Below, piece after piece: positions 42,843-53,117 of a stretch of DNA of 64,000 nt. A program made the position numbers and the translations under genes. The DNA lies in IMG/VR virus record IMGVR_UViG_3300037067_019009, positions 96,001 to 160,000 of that record; one strand, given 5' to 3'. The notes below the pieces were generated by a model. That model made no database searches, was not told the DNA's origin, and was given only the letters and a program-made list of their open reading frames with translations. The stretch comes from a virus. Its lineage: Duplodnaviria; Caudoviricetes. Position 1 is the stretch's first letter; every line of letters starts with the position of its first letter.

Positions 42843-43789
42843 TGAAGCAAAGAGTGTTATTGACTGGGGCAGGTGGGCTGCTTGGGTCAGCTATACAGCG
42901 AGTAGCTAGCAAGTTCGCTGACTTGGAAATAGTTCTGGTGACAAGAAAAGATGTAGACCTGCTTGATCTGGCGGCCGTTAGGGAGTTTTATGCTACGTGT
43001 CTTCCCATTGACACCGTAATACACTGCGCTGCCGTGTGTTCTGGTCTAGAGGCTAATATAGCATCACCCACATCCCTGCTATACGATAACATAGTTATTG
43101 ATAGAAATACCATAGTTACAGCAGACTCTTTTAATATTAGTAATCTTTTGTACATGAATAGTTCTAGCATATATCCTTTTGGTATTTATGATAAAGCTAT
43201 GAAGGAAAAAGACTTATTAACTGGGCCTCCTAGCCCGGAGAATTACGGATATGCTTACGCTAAGATCATAGGCGGGGAGGTTTGCAGGCAGATAACTAAT
43301 AGCAGTAGAGGCACACGCTATTATAAGAGTATAGTTATTGCAAGCCTATATGGTCCGTGCCATAAGTATGAGGGCACTGACGCTCACTTTGTAGTGGCGC
43401 CGATCACTAAAATACGTCAGGCTATGGAAAGCGGAAGTGGTTCTGTAGGCATTTGGGGGGATGGTAGTAATAGAAGAGAACTGGTTTATGTGGATGATTT
43501 TGCTGAGTATCTTCTTTATCTCTGCAGCAGTCACTTGGTAGAGATTATTCCTCAGTATTTGAATGTAGGAATCAACAAGGATTATTCTGTAACTGATTAC
43601 TATGAGGCGGTAGCCAAGGTGTTTGGGTACACAGGCAATTTTATATATGACACTACTAAGCCGTCAGGATGTAAGCATAGACTGTTGGATTCTACATTAG
43701 CGCTGGAGCGCTACCAGTGGTTTCCTAAGACTTCACTAAATGAAGGTATCAATAAAATATATTCTTATGGTCTTGGAAAAGGAAGGTAA
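42842..43789 (+). CDS. GDP-4-keto-6-deoxysugar epimerase/reductase (Fcl-like), copy 1
   Basis: TGAGGLLGS, SSSIYP, YGYAYAK, IWGDGSNRRELVYVDD. Confidence 0.85.
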   Translation: MKQRVLLTGAGGLLGSAIQRVASKFADLEIVLVTRKDVDLLDLAAVREFYATCLPIDTVIHCAAVCSGLEANIASPTSLLYDNIVIDRNTIVTADSFNISNLLYMNSSSIYPFGIYDKAMKEKDLLTGPPSPENYGYAYAKIIGGEVCRQITNSSRGTRYYKSIVIASLYGPCHKYEGTDAHFVVAPITKIRQAMESGSGSVGIWGDGSNRRELVYVDDFAEYLLYLCSSHLVEIIPQYLNVGINKDYSVTDYYEAVAKVFGYTGNFIYDTTKPSGCKHRLLDSTLALERYQWFPKTSLNEGINKIYSYGLGKGR

Positions 43790-44378
43790 TCGTTTGTCTA
43801 GAGTTTATGATGATTTGTTCGGACACTCCCCAACGTATGGTCAGTTGTATTACTCTCTGGTAAAAAAATTGCAGCCTAAGTTTGGATTGGAGCTTGGGGT
43901 GGATCGTGGGATGTCTGCTTATGCATATTTGTGTGGGTGCGATGGTATATTAGTCGGAGTAGACCTACTTTCATTGGATGAGCTTTATCCAGATCTTACT
44001 TACAACCCAAAATGGCTCGCTGCTGAGTTTGCTGATCAGTTTATATTCATGAATGGTTCCACTGAAAATGTAGTTCCAACCTTGCATGAGAAGTATGAGT
44101 TTGATTATGTGTATATAGATGCCCATTCGAATGACATTTCCACGTTTGGGGCGTGCGTTGCTCGTGATTTGGGTCTGTGCTATTCTCTAGTTTCTGATAA
44201 AGGACTAATAGTTATAGATGATTATAGCTGGAGTAGGGGGGTGGGGGATGTAATAAATGAATTTAAACACACCCACCCAGAGTGGGTAGAGTTTCATTTC
44301 CAAGATCTAGGTATGGGAAGTCACCAGACTAACGCGGCTCTATTAGCTAGGTATGATTTGCGCGAAGTAATGAAGTAG
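43740..44378 (+). CDS. class I SAM methyltransferase (Methyltransf_24-like); true start probably about 43794
   Basis: LELGVDRGMS, FDYVYIDA, GLIVIDDY. Confidence 0.8.
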   Translation: MKVSIKYILMVLEKEGNRLSRVYDDLFGHSPTYGQLYYSLVKKLQPKFGLELGVDRGMSAYAYLCGCDGILVGVDLLSLDELYPDLTYNPKWLAAEFADQFIFMNGSTENVVPTLHEKYEFDYVYIDAHSNDISTFGACVARDLGLCYSLVSDKGLIVIDDYSWSRGVGDVINEFKHTHPEWVEFHFQDLGMGSHQTNAALLARYDLREVMK

Positions 44379-44387
44379 GGTTGTGTT

Positions 44388-45185
44388 ATGGAGATAGATG
44401 AACTAGTTGATGCAGCAGATAGGTTAAGGGGCACGATAGTCTGTATGGCTAGAGGTGCTGGCTCAGGACATGTGAGCAGCGCTCTATCTCAGTTGGATAT
44501 CTTAGTGACTCTTTATCTAGGAGGGATATTACGCATTGACTGGAAAGACCCTAAGCATGCCCATAGGGATAGATTTATATTAAGTAAGGGGCACGGTGCG
44601 ATAGGCTTGTATCCAATATTATGTGAAATGGGCCTGATATCATTTGAAGAGCTGCTCAGCTATGGTAAAGAGGGCAGTAAGCTGTGCCCTCATTGCTCGT
44701 CGGTTGTACCTGGCATAGAGGTTTCTACCGGGTCCCTTGGGCACGGATTACCTATAGCTACAGGAATGGCTGAAGCGGCGCATATAAACAATAGTAAGCA
44801 TTTAGTGTGTTGTTTGTTGGGGGACGGAGAGTTATTTGAGGGGTCTAATTGGGAAGCGGCTGCTTATGCTGGGAGCCGGGGACTGAGCAATCTTATGTGT
44901 ATAGTGGATAAGAATAATCAAGGATCTATGGGATTTACTGACACGTCAGATAGACTAGTTACTGACCTACCGAGTACACTTTCCCTAACAGAAAAATTCG
45001 TCTCCTTTGGTTTTGAGGCATATGAGGTTGATGGCCATTCTATAGAAGAGATGTTTGTGTTGTTTAAGTACCTGCGCGACGAGAGAACAGGTAATTGTCC
45101 CATAGTGGTGGCGGCTCACACCATAAAAGGAAAGGGATGCCAGATTATGGAAAACAAGAGGTTTTGGCATGGGAGAGTTCCTTAG
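44388..45185 (+). CDS. transketolase N-terminal (TPP-binding) subunit
   Basis: GSGHVSSALS, DRFILSKGH, STGSLGHG, GDGELFEGSNWEA, HTIKGKG. Confidence 0.92.
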   Translation: MEIDELVDAADRLRGTIVCMARGAGSGHVSSALSQLDILVTLYLGGILRIDWKDPKHAHRDRFILSKGHGAIGLYPILCEMGLISFEELLSYGKEGSKLCPHCSSVVPGIEVSTGSLGHGLPIATGMAEAAHINNSKHLVCCLLGDGELFEGSNWEAAAYAGSRGLSNLMCIVDKNNQGSMGFTDTSDRLVTDLPSTLSLTEKFVSFGFEAYEVDGHSIEEMFVLFKYLRDERTGNCPIVVAAHTIKGKGCQIMENKRFWHGRVP

Positions 45186-46040
45186 ATGCGTGAGGCCTAC
45201 TTTTCTTGTTTGTATGATATCTTCTCAGAAGATGAAAATGTGGTATTTATAACTGCTGATACTGGGTGTACCGCACTTGATAAGATAGCCAATGCGTTTC
45301 CTGGCAGGTTTTTTAATGTGGGAATAGCAGAGCAGCAGATGATTGGCATGGCGGCGGGGCTGGCTTTGGAAGGCTTTACCGTCTATTGCTATGCCATTTC
45401 ACCATTTATAACGTCTAGATGCTATGAGTTTACAAAGCTTGATGTCTGTGTAAACAATCTACCAGTACATCTGGTAGGTCTGGGTTCAGCGCTAACGTAT
45501 ACTGCCATGGGGCCTACCCACCATTCTACTGAGGATATTGGCATCATGCGGGTGTTGCCGAACATGTCGGTGTACTCTCCCATAAATATCGAGACAGTTG
45601 CACCCCTAGCTAGATACGTACACTATAGGAATTGTCCTAGCTACACAAGACTCGAAAAGTCTGGATTACACCTGTATGATCGTACGTCGGAAGGTATGTT
45701 GGAGGACGGGTTTTGTTTAGTTAGTGCTGGTAGAAGTGATGTTTGTGTTATAACAACCGGCCTTTTAGCTAAGTCTGTGGTAGGTAAAGATTATGGGCAC
45801 ATAGATATGTTTAGGTTGTGGCCGGTAAGAGCTGAAAAACTGGTGGCTATATTATCTAACTATAGAGCAGTTATAACTTTAGAAGAAACTCTTCTGCCCG
45901 GTGGGCTAGGAAGTATCATCAGTGAGCTTTTCTGTGACTATGGTGTCAGCACACAACTGATTCGCAAGGGCCTTACTGATTTTATACACGGCTGGTGCAG
46001 CAGAGATAATATATGGTCGGAGAGGTGTTTAGGTGTCTAA
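45186..46040 (+). CDS. transketolase C-terminal subunit
   Basis: FFNVGIAEQQMIGMAAGLA, GPTHHSTED, ITLEE..GGLGS. Confidence 0.92.
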   Translation: MREAYFSCLYDIFSEDENVVFITADTGCTALDKIANAFPGRFFNVGIAEQQMIGMAAGLALEGFTVYCYAISPFITSRCYEFTKLDVCVNNLPVHLVGLGSALTYTAMGPTHHSTEDIGIMRVLPNMSVYSPINIETVAPLARYVHYRNCPSYTRLEKSGLHLYDRTSEGMLEDGFCLVSAGRSDVCVITTGLLAKSVVGKDYGHIDMFRLWPVRAEKLVAILSNYRAVITLEETLLPGGLGSIISELFCDYGVSTQLIRKGLTDFIHGWCSRDNIWSERCLGV

Positions 46041-46959
46041 GGTATATGTTGCTGGTCATGCTGGAATGGTGGGATCGGCTGTTGTTAGAAACCTGGCGCG
46101 ATCCGATGAGTTAATAACAATATCCAGGGGACAGCTGGATCTATTAGACTACACCCGTACTTTTAGATTTCTCAAGTCCGAGAACCCCGATATAGTTATT
46201 GTAGCCGCCGCTAGGATTGGTGGTATACAAGAGAATATAGAGAAGCCGGTAGAGTTTCTGTATGACAACGTAGCTATAGGGACTAACCTTATCAAAGGTT
46301 GTTTGGAGAGCGGAGTAACAAAGCTTATTTATATTTGCAGCTCTTGTATGTACCCAAGAAATTATGGGACTACACTTAAGGAAGCAGACCTATTGGCTGC
46401 TCCCTTCGAGCCTACCAATGAAGCACATGCTCTAGCCAAAGTGGTTGGAGCTAGGCTCTGCGAGTACTGTAACAAAGAATATAATACAAGCTACAAAACG
46501 ATAATTTCCTGCAACCTGTATGGCCCAAATGACAACTACTCTCTAGAGCGAAGCCACCTCATGGCTGCAATAATACATAAACTTCATGAGGCTAAGGTCA
46601 ATAACTTACCCATAGTTACTATCTGGTCTGATGGTAGTGCACGCAGGGAGTTTCTTTACGTGGATGACTTAGCCAAGTTCATATGCAAAAATTTATGGTG
46701 TATGGAGAGCTGGCCCGACTATTTAAATATCGGAGCAGGTAAAGATATAAGTGTTGTAGATCTTTACAAGAAGGCAGCAGAGGTTATAGGCTATGCAGGC
46801 AGTTTCGACTTTGACTTAAAAAGGCCTATGGGAATGAGAAGTAAGATGCTGGATTGTAGTTTAGCCACGGAGCTTGGGTGGGAGGTAGCCACTGATTTAG
46901 ACACGGGAATAGCGTTAGCTTATCAAGAGTATCTTTTACAAAGGAGTAGGCAATGGTAA
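46033..46959 (+). CDS. fcl: GDP-L-fucose/colitose synthase-like epimerase-reductase, copy 2
   Basis: VAGHAGMVGSA, AAARIGGI, SSCMYP, EPTNEAHALAK, CNLYGPNDNY, SH, RREFLYVDD. Confidence 0.88.
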   Translation: MSKVYVAGHAGMVGSAVVRNLARSDELITISRGQLDLLDYTRTFRFLKSENPDIVIVAAARIGGIQENIEKPVEFLYDNVAIGTNLIKGCLESGVTKLIYICSSCMYPRNYGTTLKEADLLAAPFEPTNEAHALAKVVGARLCEYCNKEYNTSYKTIISCNLYGPNDNYSLERSHLMAAIIHKLHEAKVNNLPIVTIWSDGSARREFLYVDDLAKFICKNLWCMESWPDYLNIGAGKDISVVDLYKKAAEVIGYAGSFDFDLKRPMGMRSKMLDCSLATELGWEVATDLDTGIALAYQEYLLQRSRQW

Positions 46960-47921
46960 GGGTAGGTTGCTGGTTTAGTTGGGAGCCGCACATGTTTACT
47001 TCCCCTCGTCCCATGGAAGGGCAGGGCAGGTATCCGGAGGTGGATTTCGATTCTGATGGGTATAGATTCACTTGCTGGAAAAGTTTAGGTGCACCGAGGG
47101 GTGTGGAGTTCATCGATTTTTCTGATGTAAATGATTACTCTACTCTTGATGCTGCGATATATGTGGAGTCTCCGGACTTTAACTCTCCTATTTATAAGGA
47201 AGTCAACTCTCCAAAATTTGTGTATATATCAGAGCCTCCGTGCATAGCTCCAAATAACTGGAGTAAGGCAACACATGACAAGTTTGACTATGTTTTTACT
47301 TCCAACACGGATCTAATAGACGGTAAGAAGTACTTCAGGCATACAGTGGCGCATAGATTTCCCGCTACTGTTCCCCAGGGACTAGAGGGCCGCGACCGTT
47401 TCTGCGTGCTAGTAGCGCACGGAGCGAAATCTTTTGGTGGCCCATCTATCAGCATATACCATGAAAGACATAATACAGCAAATTGGTTTTCTATGAATCA
47501 TCCAGAGGAACTAGATCTATACGGCATTGGTTGGCCGGGGTCTAATAGATGCTACAAAGGCGTGATGAATGAGCCTAAGACGGTGGCGTTTCAAAGATAT
47601 AAGTTCAGCATCTGTTACGAAAACACTAAAGATTTTCCCGGTTACGTCACGGAGAAGCTGCACCACTCACTAATAGCTGGGTGCATCCCTGTTTATTGGG
47701 GGGCTGCAGATGTAGCTAACACAGTACCTACCGAGTGTTTTATAGATAGAAGAAACTTTTCTAATCATGAGGAACTCTACAGTTTTTTGCACAGCATTAC
47801 GGATGAGGATTACATGCGCTATCAAAAAGCCATAGCGGCCTATATACTAGATCCAGGAAATATATACAAAGCTGAAAATAATGCCAGCTACATGATAGAT
47901 GTGCTGTTAGATAGAGTATAG
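46953..47921 (+). CDS. GT10-family alpha-1,3/4-fucosyltransferase-like protein
   Basis: YKFSICYEN..PGYVTEKL..SL.AGCIPVYWG. Confidence 0.85.
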   Translation: MVRVGCWFSWEPHMFTSPRPMEGQGRYPEVDFDSDGYRFTCWKSLGAPRGVEFIDFSDVNDYSTLDAAIYVESPDFNSPIYKEVNSPKFVYISEPPCIAPNNWSKATHDKFDYVFTSNTDLIDGKKYFRHTVAHRFPATVPQGLEGRDRFCVLVAHGAKSFGGPSISIYHERHNTANWFSMNHPEELDLYGIGWPGSNRCYKGVMNEPKTVAFQRYKFSICYENTKDFPGYVTEKLHHSLIAGCIPVYWGAADVANTVPTECFIDRRNFSNHEELYSFLHSITDEDYMRYQKAIAAYILDPGNIYKAENNASYMIDVLLDRV

Positions 47922-47931
47922 GAAAATTAGA

Positions 47932-48495
47932 GTGAAGAATAGGAATACTTCTACAACACTACATTACTGTTTCAACTTGTACCCCAAGTACTATGAGGCT
48001 TTAGCCGCAGCTGTTAGGTATTTTAAGCCTTTACACGCATTAGAGATCGGGCTGTGGGTTGGGAGGTCAGCTTATGCGCTGCTAAACAACAGTCCCAATA
48101 GTACGTTGATTAGCATAGATCCTGTAAGTCACGAAGAAAGTACCGAGTTCTTGGAGAAAACTTTTCCGGGACGGTTCACTTATCGCCAGGGCTACTCTCC
48201 CGATGCTTTATACACCTTGAGAGGGAAAACTTTTGATTGGGTGTATATAGACGGAGAGCATACCGAGAAAGCTGTAACAGCCGATCTGCTAGGAGTAGTT
48301 CCACTGTTGGATAATGACGGGGTCATAGTGCTGGATGATTACAACATCACTGAAGTTAGGGAGGCGGTGGATATGTTTATGAAAGAGCATGCCGAGAAAA
48401 AATTATACTCTTTTAATGATTTAGGGTTTAGTGACTCGGGCTGTCCTTCACAAATTGTAGCTATCGTGGGTAAGGAGAGAGCTTTTGAATTATAA
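47932..48495 (+). CDS. class I SAM methyltransferase (Methyltransf_24-like)
   Basis: LEIGLWVGRS, FDWVYIDGEH, GVIVLDDY. Confidence 0.85.
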   Translation: MKNRNTSTTLHYCFNLYPKYYEALAAAVRYFKPLHALEIGLWVGRSAYALLNNSPNSTLISIDPVSHEESTEFLEKTFPGRFTYRQGYSPDALYTLRGKTFDWVYIDGEHTEKAVTADLLGVVPLLDNDGVIVLDDYNITEVREAVDMFMKEHAEKKLYSFNDLGFSDSGCPSQIVAIVGKERAFEL

Positions 48496-49252
48496 CGAGC
48501 ATTCATTACTGGTTTCAGATATGGCGGATTACCTTAATATTTCTAGAGAGTACGTGCAAAAGTTGGTGAACGAGACTGCGTCTGCCTATGATAATAAAGA
48601 TCTCTGTGGAATAGCCACACAATGGAGGTGGATGTTTGGAGACCGTACTGGGTCTACAGATGAGTATCGTTACTTCTATGCTACGAATTTCTTATATCTA
48701 TTTGACCTGATTGGATTTGCTGGATGTTTTGATCCCAATTTGGGGCAAATACATAAGTACGCGAAGGGGAGGTGCTTAGACTATGGGAGTGGTATTGGCA
48801 CGGTAGCCCTTTGGTTAAGGGAACAACCAGGCATCTCAGACGTACATGCTATAGATGTGGCTGTCACACTTAACGACTTTCTGCGCTGGAGAGCGCGTAA
48901 GCACGGATTGGATATTGTGGTTTTAGACCCTATGGATAATTCAGAAAATAAACGTTTGCCACATAAGTCCCTGCGGGGGCAGTATGACTTTATATACGCT
49001 AGGGATGTATTTGAGCACGCCTGTGACCGGTTGGAGATACTACAAAGCCTAATGGAACATACTTCTCCTGGTGGGATTATTTGTGAGTCCAGTCCCATAT
49101 GGGATTTCGAAGCCATATGCAAACAGGATATTGCCATAAAGGATTATGACATTTGGGATCTGTTCAAAGATAAGGGATTTACTTTGGTGACTGAAAGCCG
49201 TACCCCATACATTTTCGCACCAGTATTTACTAAGTGCTGGAGGAAACCTTAG
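48485..49252 (+). CDS. class I SAM methyltransferase
   Basis: LDYGSGIG, YDFIYARDVFEH, PGG. Confidence 0.8.
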   Translation: MNYNEHSLLVSDMADYLNISREYVQKLVNETASAYDNKDLCGIATQWRWMFGDRTGSTDEYRYFYATNFLYLFDLIGFAGCFDPNLGQIHKYAKGRCLDYGSGIGTVALWLREQPGISDVHAIDVAVTLNDFLRWRARKHGLDIVVLDPMDNSENKRLPHKSLRGQYDFIYARDVFEHACDRLEILQSLMEHTSPGGIICESSPIWDFEAICKQDIAIKDYDIWDLFKDKGFTLVTESRTPYIFAPVFTKCWRKP

Positions 49253-49998
49253 TGAGGATAGCTCTTTGTTTATCGGGTCAGCCTAGACTGCTGGAGGAGC
49301 AGTTCCCCTTTATAAAGTCCGCGATACTAGACTATGGCGGTGTAGATGTGTTTGCACACGCTTGGTACAATCCAGAAAACGCAGGTAACCACTACGAGCA
49401 TGCTCTGTGGCATAAGAGTTTTCCTGGTAGAACTGGAGGCATAGAGAAGTTTGGTGTAGATAAGGCCATACTGGATCTGTATAATCCGGTATCCTATGTC
49501 ATTGAGCCACAAGTAGATTTTACTAAGCAAGCAAAGACCTGCATGTCTCTGGTACACGCAAGAGGAGGCTGTTTATATAGTGATAGTTACAAGGTTTTTA
49601 CCTGCCCTTTAAGCATGTTTTACTCCATGTATAAGGTGTGCAATATCAAGAAAAGTTACGAGGAGGCAGGCGGGTTTGTTTATGACGTGGTGGTGCGTAG
49701 TAGATTTGATATGCACATACCTAAGCCCATCCCATTTAATAGTCTGGACTACTCAGTGATTTCTACGCCACTTACTATATGGACGCCCCGAGGAGGGGCT
49801 TGTGATCTATTGGGGGTTGGAACTTCACCTAACATGGATATTTATTGCGGAGTTTACCCCAATTTTGAAAGTTTGTGCGAAACTGCGGATATGTCTCTAC
49901 CGGAACCATGGGGCACTGAGTTCTTGCTGGCACAGCATCTAAACAAGCATAGTATTAGGATTTCCCCGTGTATTCCAGGAAGTAACGCTAACCCCTAA
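49234..49998 (+). CDS. putative glycosyltransferase (SGQPR/RFD type)
   Basis: RIALCLSGQPR, DVFAHAW, SMFYS, YDVVVRSRFD. Confidence 0.65.
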   Translation: MLEETLVRIALCLSGQPRLLEEQFPFIKSAILDYGGVDVFAHAWYNPENAGNHYEHALWHKSFPGRTGGIEKFGVDKAILDLYNPVSYVIEPQVDFTKQAKTCMSLVHARGGCLYSDSYKVFTCPLSMFYSMYKVCNIKKSYEEAGGFVYDVVVRSRFDMHIPKPIPFNSLDYSVISTPLTIWTPRGGACDLLGVGTSPNMDIYCGVYPNFESLCETADMSLPEPWGTEFLLAQHLNKHSIRISPCIPGSNANP

Positions 49999-50026
49999 TG
50001 GGGGGGGGGAGGGAAACCAGGAAGTA

Positions 50027-50386
50027 ATGGATTATCCAAAGACTATATTTCTTGATATTGATGGCTGTGTATTAAAGCATGCCTCCGGTGTGCGTTCTAA
50101 TATAGAGGCTCCACCAACCTTACTACCAGGAGTGCTTGAGAAGCTCACTGAATGGGATGCTAAAGGTTATAAGATAGTGCTTACTACAGGTCGTAGAGAA
50201 AGTGAGCGAAGCATTACAGAGAAACACCTTAGTCAGCTGGGGGTATTCTATGATTGTCTATTGATGTCTTTGCCTAGAGGGCAGCGGGTAGTAATTAATG
50301 ATGCAAAGCCTGATCATACAGGCGAACTTACAGCGTGGGGTGTTACGATTGAGAGGGATGCCGGCTTAGCGGGAGTATGCGTTTAA
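50027..50386 (+). CDS. HAD-superfamily phosphatase (capsule-cluster type)
   Basis: FLDIDG, LTTGR, INDAKP. Confidence 0.8.
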   Translation: MDYPKTIFLDIDGCVLKHASGVRSNIEAPPTLLPGVLEKLTEWDAKGYKIVLTTGRRESERSITEKHLSQLGVFYDCLLMSLPRGQRVVINDAKPDHTGELTAWGVTIERDAGLAGVCV

Positions 50387-50411
50387 GCATAAGTTACTAG
50401 GAGAGAAGCGC

Positions 50412-50762
50412 ATGATAGTAGTTGTAAAGATGTGGGGGTTAGAGGAGGTAGTAGAGACAAATCCCAAATACACTTTGAAACGCATAACTATGCATTCTGG
50501 TAAAAGGTGCAGTCTTCAGTACCATGAAGTTAAAACTGAGACTATTTATAATATCAGTGGGACACTGCTTGTTACTATTGAGGGAGTGGAGCATACTTTG
50601 TCTCCTGGGGATTATTGTACTATATTGCCAGGGGAGATCCATAGAATGTCGGCGGTAGAAGGGAATTGTGTATATATCGAAGCATCTACTAGTGAATTAG
50701 GCGATGTCGTTAGATTAGAGACTGATTATCCTGGAGCGGATGTAGACTATGCTAATTCATAA
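50412..50762 (+). CDS. cupin (ManC/PMI type II C-terminal-like)
   Basis: KMWG.E, SLQYH..K.E, IHR, EAST..DVVRLE. Confidence 0.8.
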   Translation: MIVVVKMWGLEEVVETNPKYTLKRITMHSGKRCSLQYHEVKTETIYNISGTLLVTIEGVEHTLSPGDYCTILPGEIHRMSAVEGNCVYIEASTSELGDVVRLETDYPGADVDYANS

Positions 50763-52332
50763 AACTCCCACTGTACTTATAACTACATCCGGTACTGGAT
50801 CCAGACTTGGAGAGCTTACAAGCTACACTAATAAGTCGTTGGTGCGTGTCGGCTGTAAACCAGCGCTCTCTTATATAATAGAGTCTTATCCTAATGCCCA
50901 CTTCGTAATAACTCTCGGTTATAAGGGAGACCTAGTAAAGCAGTATATAGAAGTTGCACACCCGGGCGTAGATGTTACATATGTAACGGTAAATAACTAC
51001 GAGGGTCCGGGGTCCAGCTTGGTACACTCTATGCTGGCTGCTAGGCGCTACCTACAAGAACCTTTTATCTTTCATGCTGGAGATACAATAGTGTCTCCTC
51101 CGTCCACCGATGTTGCGTATAACTGGGTAGCAGCTGGTCCTAAAGCCGACTCTAGCGTGTATAGAACTCTTGTCGTTAAACATCTACGTACCGGAACTAA
51201 ACTTGTGTCCGTGGCAGAGAAGGGAAGCCTGTTTCCCGCTCCTTCTCATATAGGAGTGGTGGGTATTTATGAGTATGATTCTTTCTGGAAAGAAGCAGAA
51301 GCCTTAGCGTGCGCAGCGGCAGACAGTTCACTATCTGACGCACATGTTATAAATGCCATGCTATCAGCAGGGGCTGAGTTTGCAGTGTTGGGTGGCTGTA
51401 ACGATTGGTTGGATATAGGTAATGCCCACTCACTAGAAGAAGCCAGAGCATGTATACCAGATCGTATGGATAACCTGGATAAGGTAGATCAGTCTGTCTA
51501 TATAGTAGGTGACCGGGTTGTAAAGTTTTTCTCGGAGGAGAAAAGTAACCGGAACCGAGTAGAGAGGGCAAACATGTTAGCCGGTGTTATACCGGATATC
51601 CTAGGCTCTACTAAGAATTTCTTTTCTTATAGAAAAGCAGAGGGAAGTTTACTAGATTCTTCCATGTATCCATATGAGATGGAGGATTTTTTAGCTTGGT
51701 GCAAAGAGTGTCTTTGGATTCCACTTAACCCGCAGCCGCCTGATATACAACCATTGTGTACTAAGTTTTACAAGGCTAAAACACTTTCCAGAATAGCAGA
51801 TTTTTATGATAAAGCACACGTTGCAGATACTTCTGAGAGTATAAATGGTATCCTAGCCGACTCGTTGGCTTGTTATCTTAATGATCTGGACTGGGATAGA
51901 GTTACAAGTGGGATAGCTACTGAAAGATTTCATGGCGATTTACACTTCTCTAACGTGTTTTCTACGAATGAGGGATATAAACTGATAGACTGGAGAGAAG
52001 ATTTTGCTGGTGAGCTTGGCTATGGAGATGTCTATTATGATTTAGCTAAGTTGAATCATGGAATGATTGTTTCGCATACGATAGTGAAGAATAACTTATT
52101 TTCTATAGAAAATACTCCTGGTGGGATTTACTATGATATGTGCAGACCACATCGATTGGTTGCATGCCAGAAAGAGTTCTATTCCTTCTTAGAGAAAGAG
52201 GGGTATGATGTGTGGAAAGTAGACGTAATAACAGCTCTTATCTTTTTAAATATATGCTCTCTTCATCACTCCCCGTATGATATGTTTCTTTATTACCTGG
52301 GAAAAGATATGCTCAGGCAGGAGGTATCGTAA
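50749..52332 (+). CDS. nucleotidyltransferase fused to a choline/aminoglycoside kinase-like domain
   Basis: SGTGSRL..NKSL, WLDIG; HGDLHFSN, LIDWR, GDVYYDLAKL. Confidence 0.85.
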   Translation: MLIHKTPTVLITTSGTGSRLGELTSYTNKSLVRVGCKPALSYIIESYPNAHFVITLGYKGDLVKQYIEVAHPGVDVTYVTVNNYEGPGSSLVHSMLAARRYLQEPFIFHAGDTIVSPPSTDVAYNWVAAGPKADSSVYRTLVVKHLRTGTKLVSVAEKGSLFPAPSHIGVVGIYEYDSFWKEAEALACAAADSSLSDAHVINAMLSAGAEFAVLGGCNDWLDIGNAHSLEEARACIPDRMDNLDKVDQSVYIVGDRVVKFFSEEKSNRNRVERANMLAGVIPDILGSTKNFFSYRKAEGSLLDSSMYPYEMEDFLAWCKECLWIPLNPQPPDIQPLCTKFYKAKTLSRIADFYDKAHVADTSESINGILADSLACYLNDLDWDRVTSGIATERFHGDLHFSNVFSTNEGYKLIDWREDFAGELGYGDVYYDLAKLNHGMIVSHTIVKNNLFSIENTPGGIYYDMCRPHRLVACQKEFYSFLEKEGYDVWKVDVITALIFLNICSLHHSPYDMFLYYLGKDMLRQEVS

Positions 52333-53117
52333 TGCCTAGTTTGGTTTCTATAATAGTGCCGTGTTTTAACTGCGCGGAGTTTTTACCAGATCTGGTAGAA
52401 AGCATACACAACCAAACCTATAAAAACTGGGAGCTAATCCTAGTAGACGACAACAGCACGGATAAATCTTCTATAGAGACGGAGACGGGCCTAATTGACA
52501 AATACTGCAGTGAAAATAGGGGCCTGGTTATACAAAGAGATACCAATGAGTTTATGACCAGAGCTAAAGAGACTGGTAGGCAGGAAGCGTGTGGGGACTA
52601 TATGCTCTACGTAGACCCAGACGATAAACTATTACCCACCTTTCTTAGCAAAACTGTTAGTCTGTTGGACGCAGAAGAGGATATAGTAGTAGCTTATACC
52701 AATTACCAGTGCTTTGGGGGCACTAACGCAATTATACACCAAAGTGATTTTTCGGTAGAACTTCTAAAAAGAGGATGTATAATTACAAGTTGTAGTTTAT
52801 TTAGAAGAGCTGCATTGGATCATGCTATCGATGCGGGGTATCGCTATGATTATTGTAGAAATATTGGTGGAGAGGATTGGGACTTCTGGTTAACCTTAGC
52901 GGAACTTGGATACACCGCTAAAAGAATACCGGAGGTATTATTTCTTTACAGAAGACATCCGGGGCAGTCTATTAATAGGGTAGACATGAACTGTCTTCCT
53001 TACTTAATATTAAGGCATCCACAGCTATATTCAGAGGCAGAGGGTGCTGGAGCTAGGCAGTATATGGCGTATAAGCATCCGGAAGAGCTAGCTAGTAGCA
53101 GGCCTTTAATACAGTGA
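52332..53117 (+). CDS. GT2 glycosyltransferase
   Basis: VSIIVPCFN, VDDNSTD, VDPDD, EDWDFW, LYRRH. Confidence 0.9.
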   Translation: MPSLVSIIVPCFNCAEFLPDLVESIHNQTYKNWELILVDDNSTDKSSIETETGLIDKYCSENRGLVIQRDTNEFMTRAKETGRQEACGDYMLYVDPDDKLLPTFLSKTVSLLDAEEDIVVAYTNYQCFGGTNAIIHQSDFSVELLKRGCIITSCSLFRRAALDHAIDAGYRYDYCRNIGGEDWDFWLTLAELGYTAKRIPEVLFLYRRHPGQSINRVDMNCLPYLILRHPQLYSEAEGAGARQYMAYKHPEELASSRPLIQ

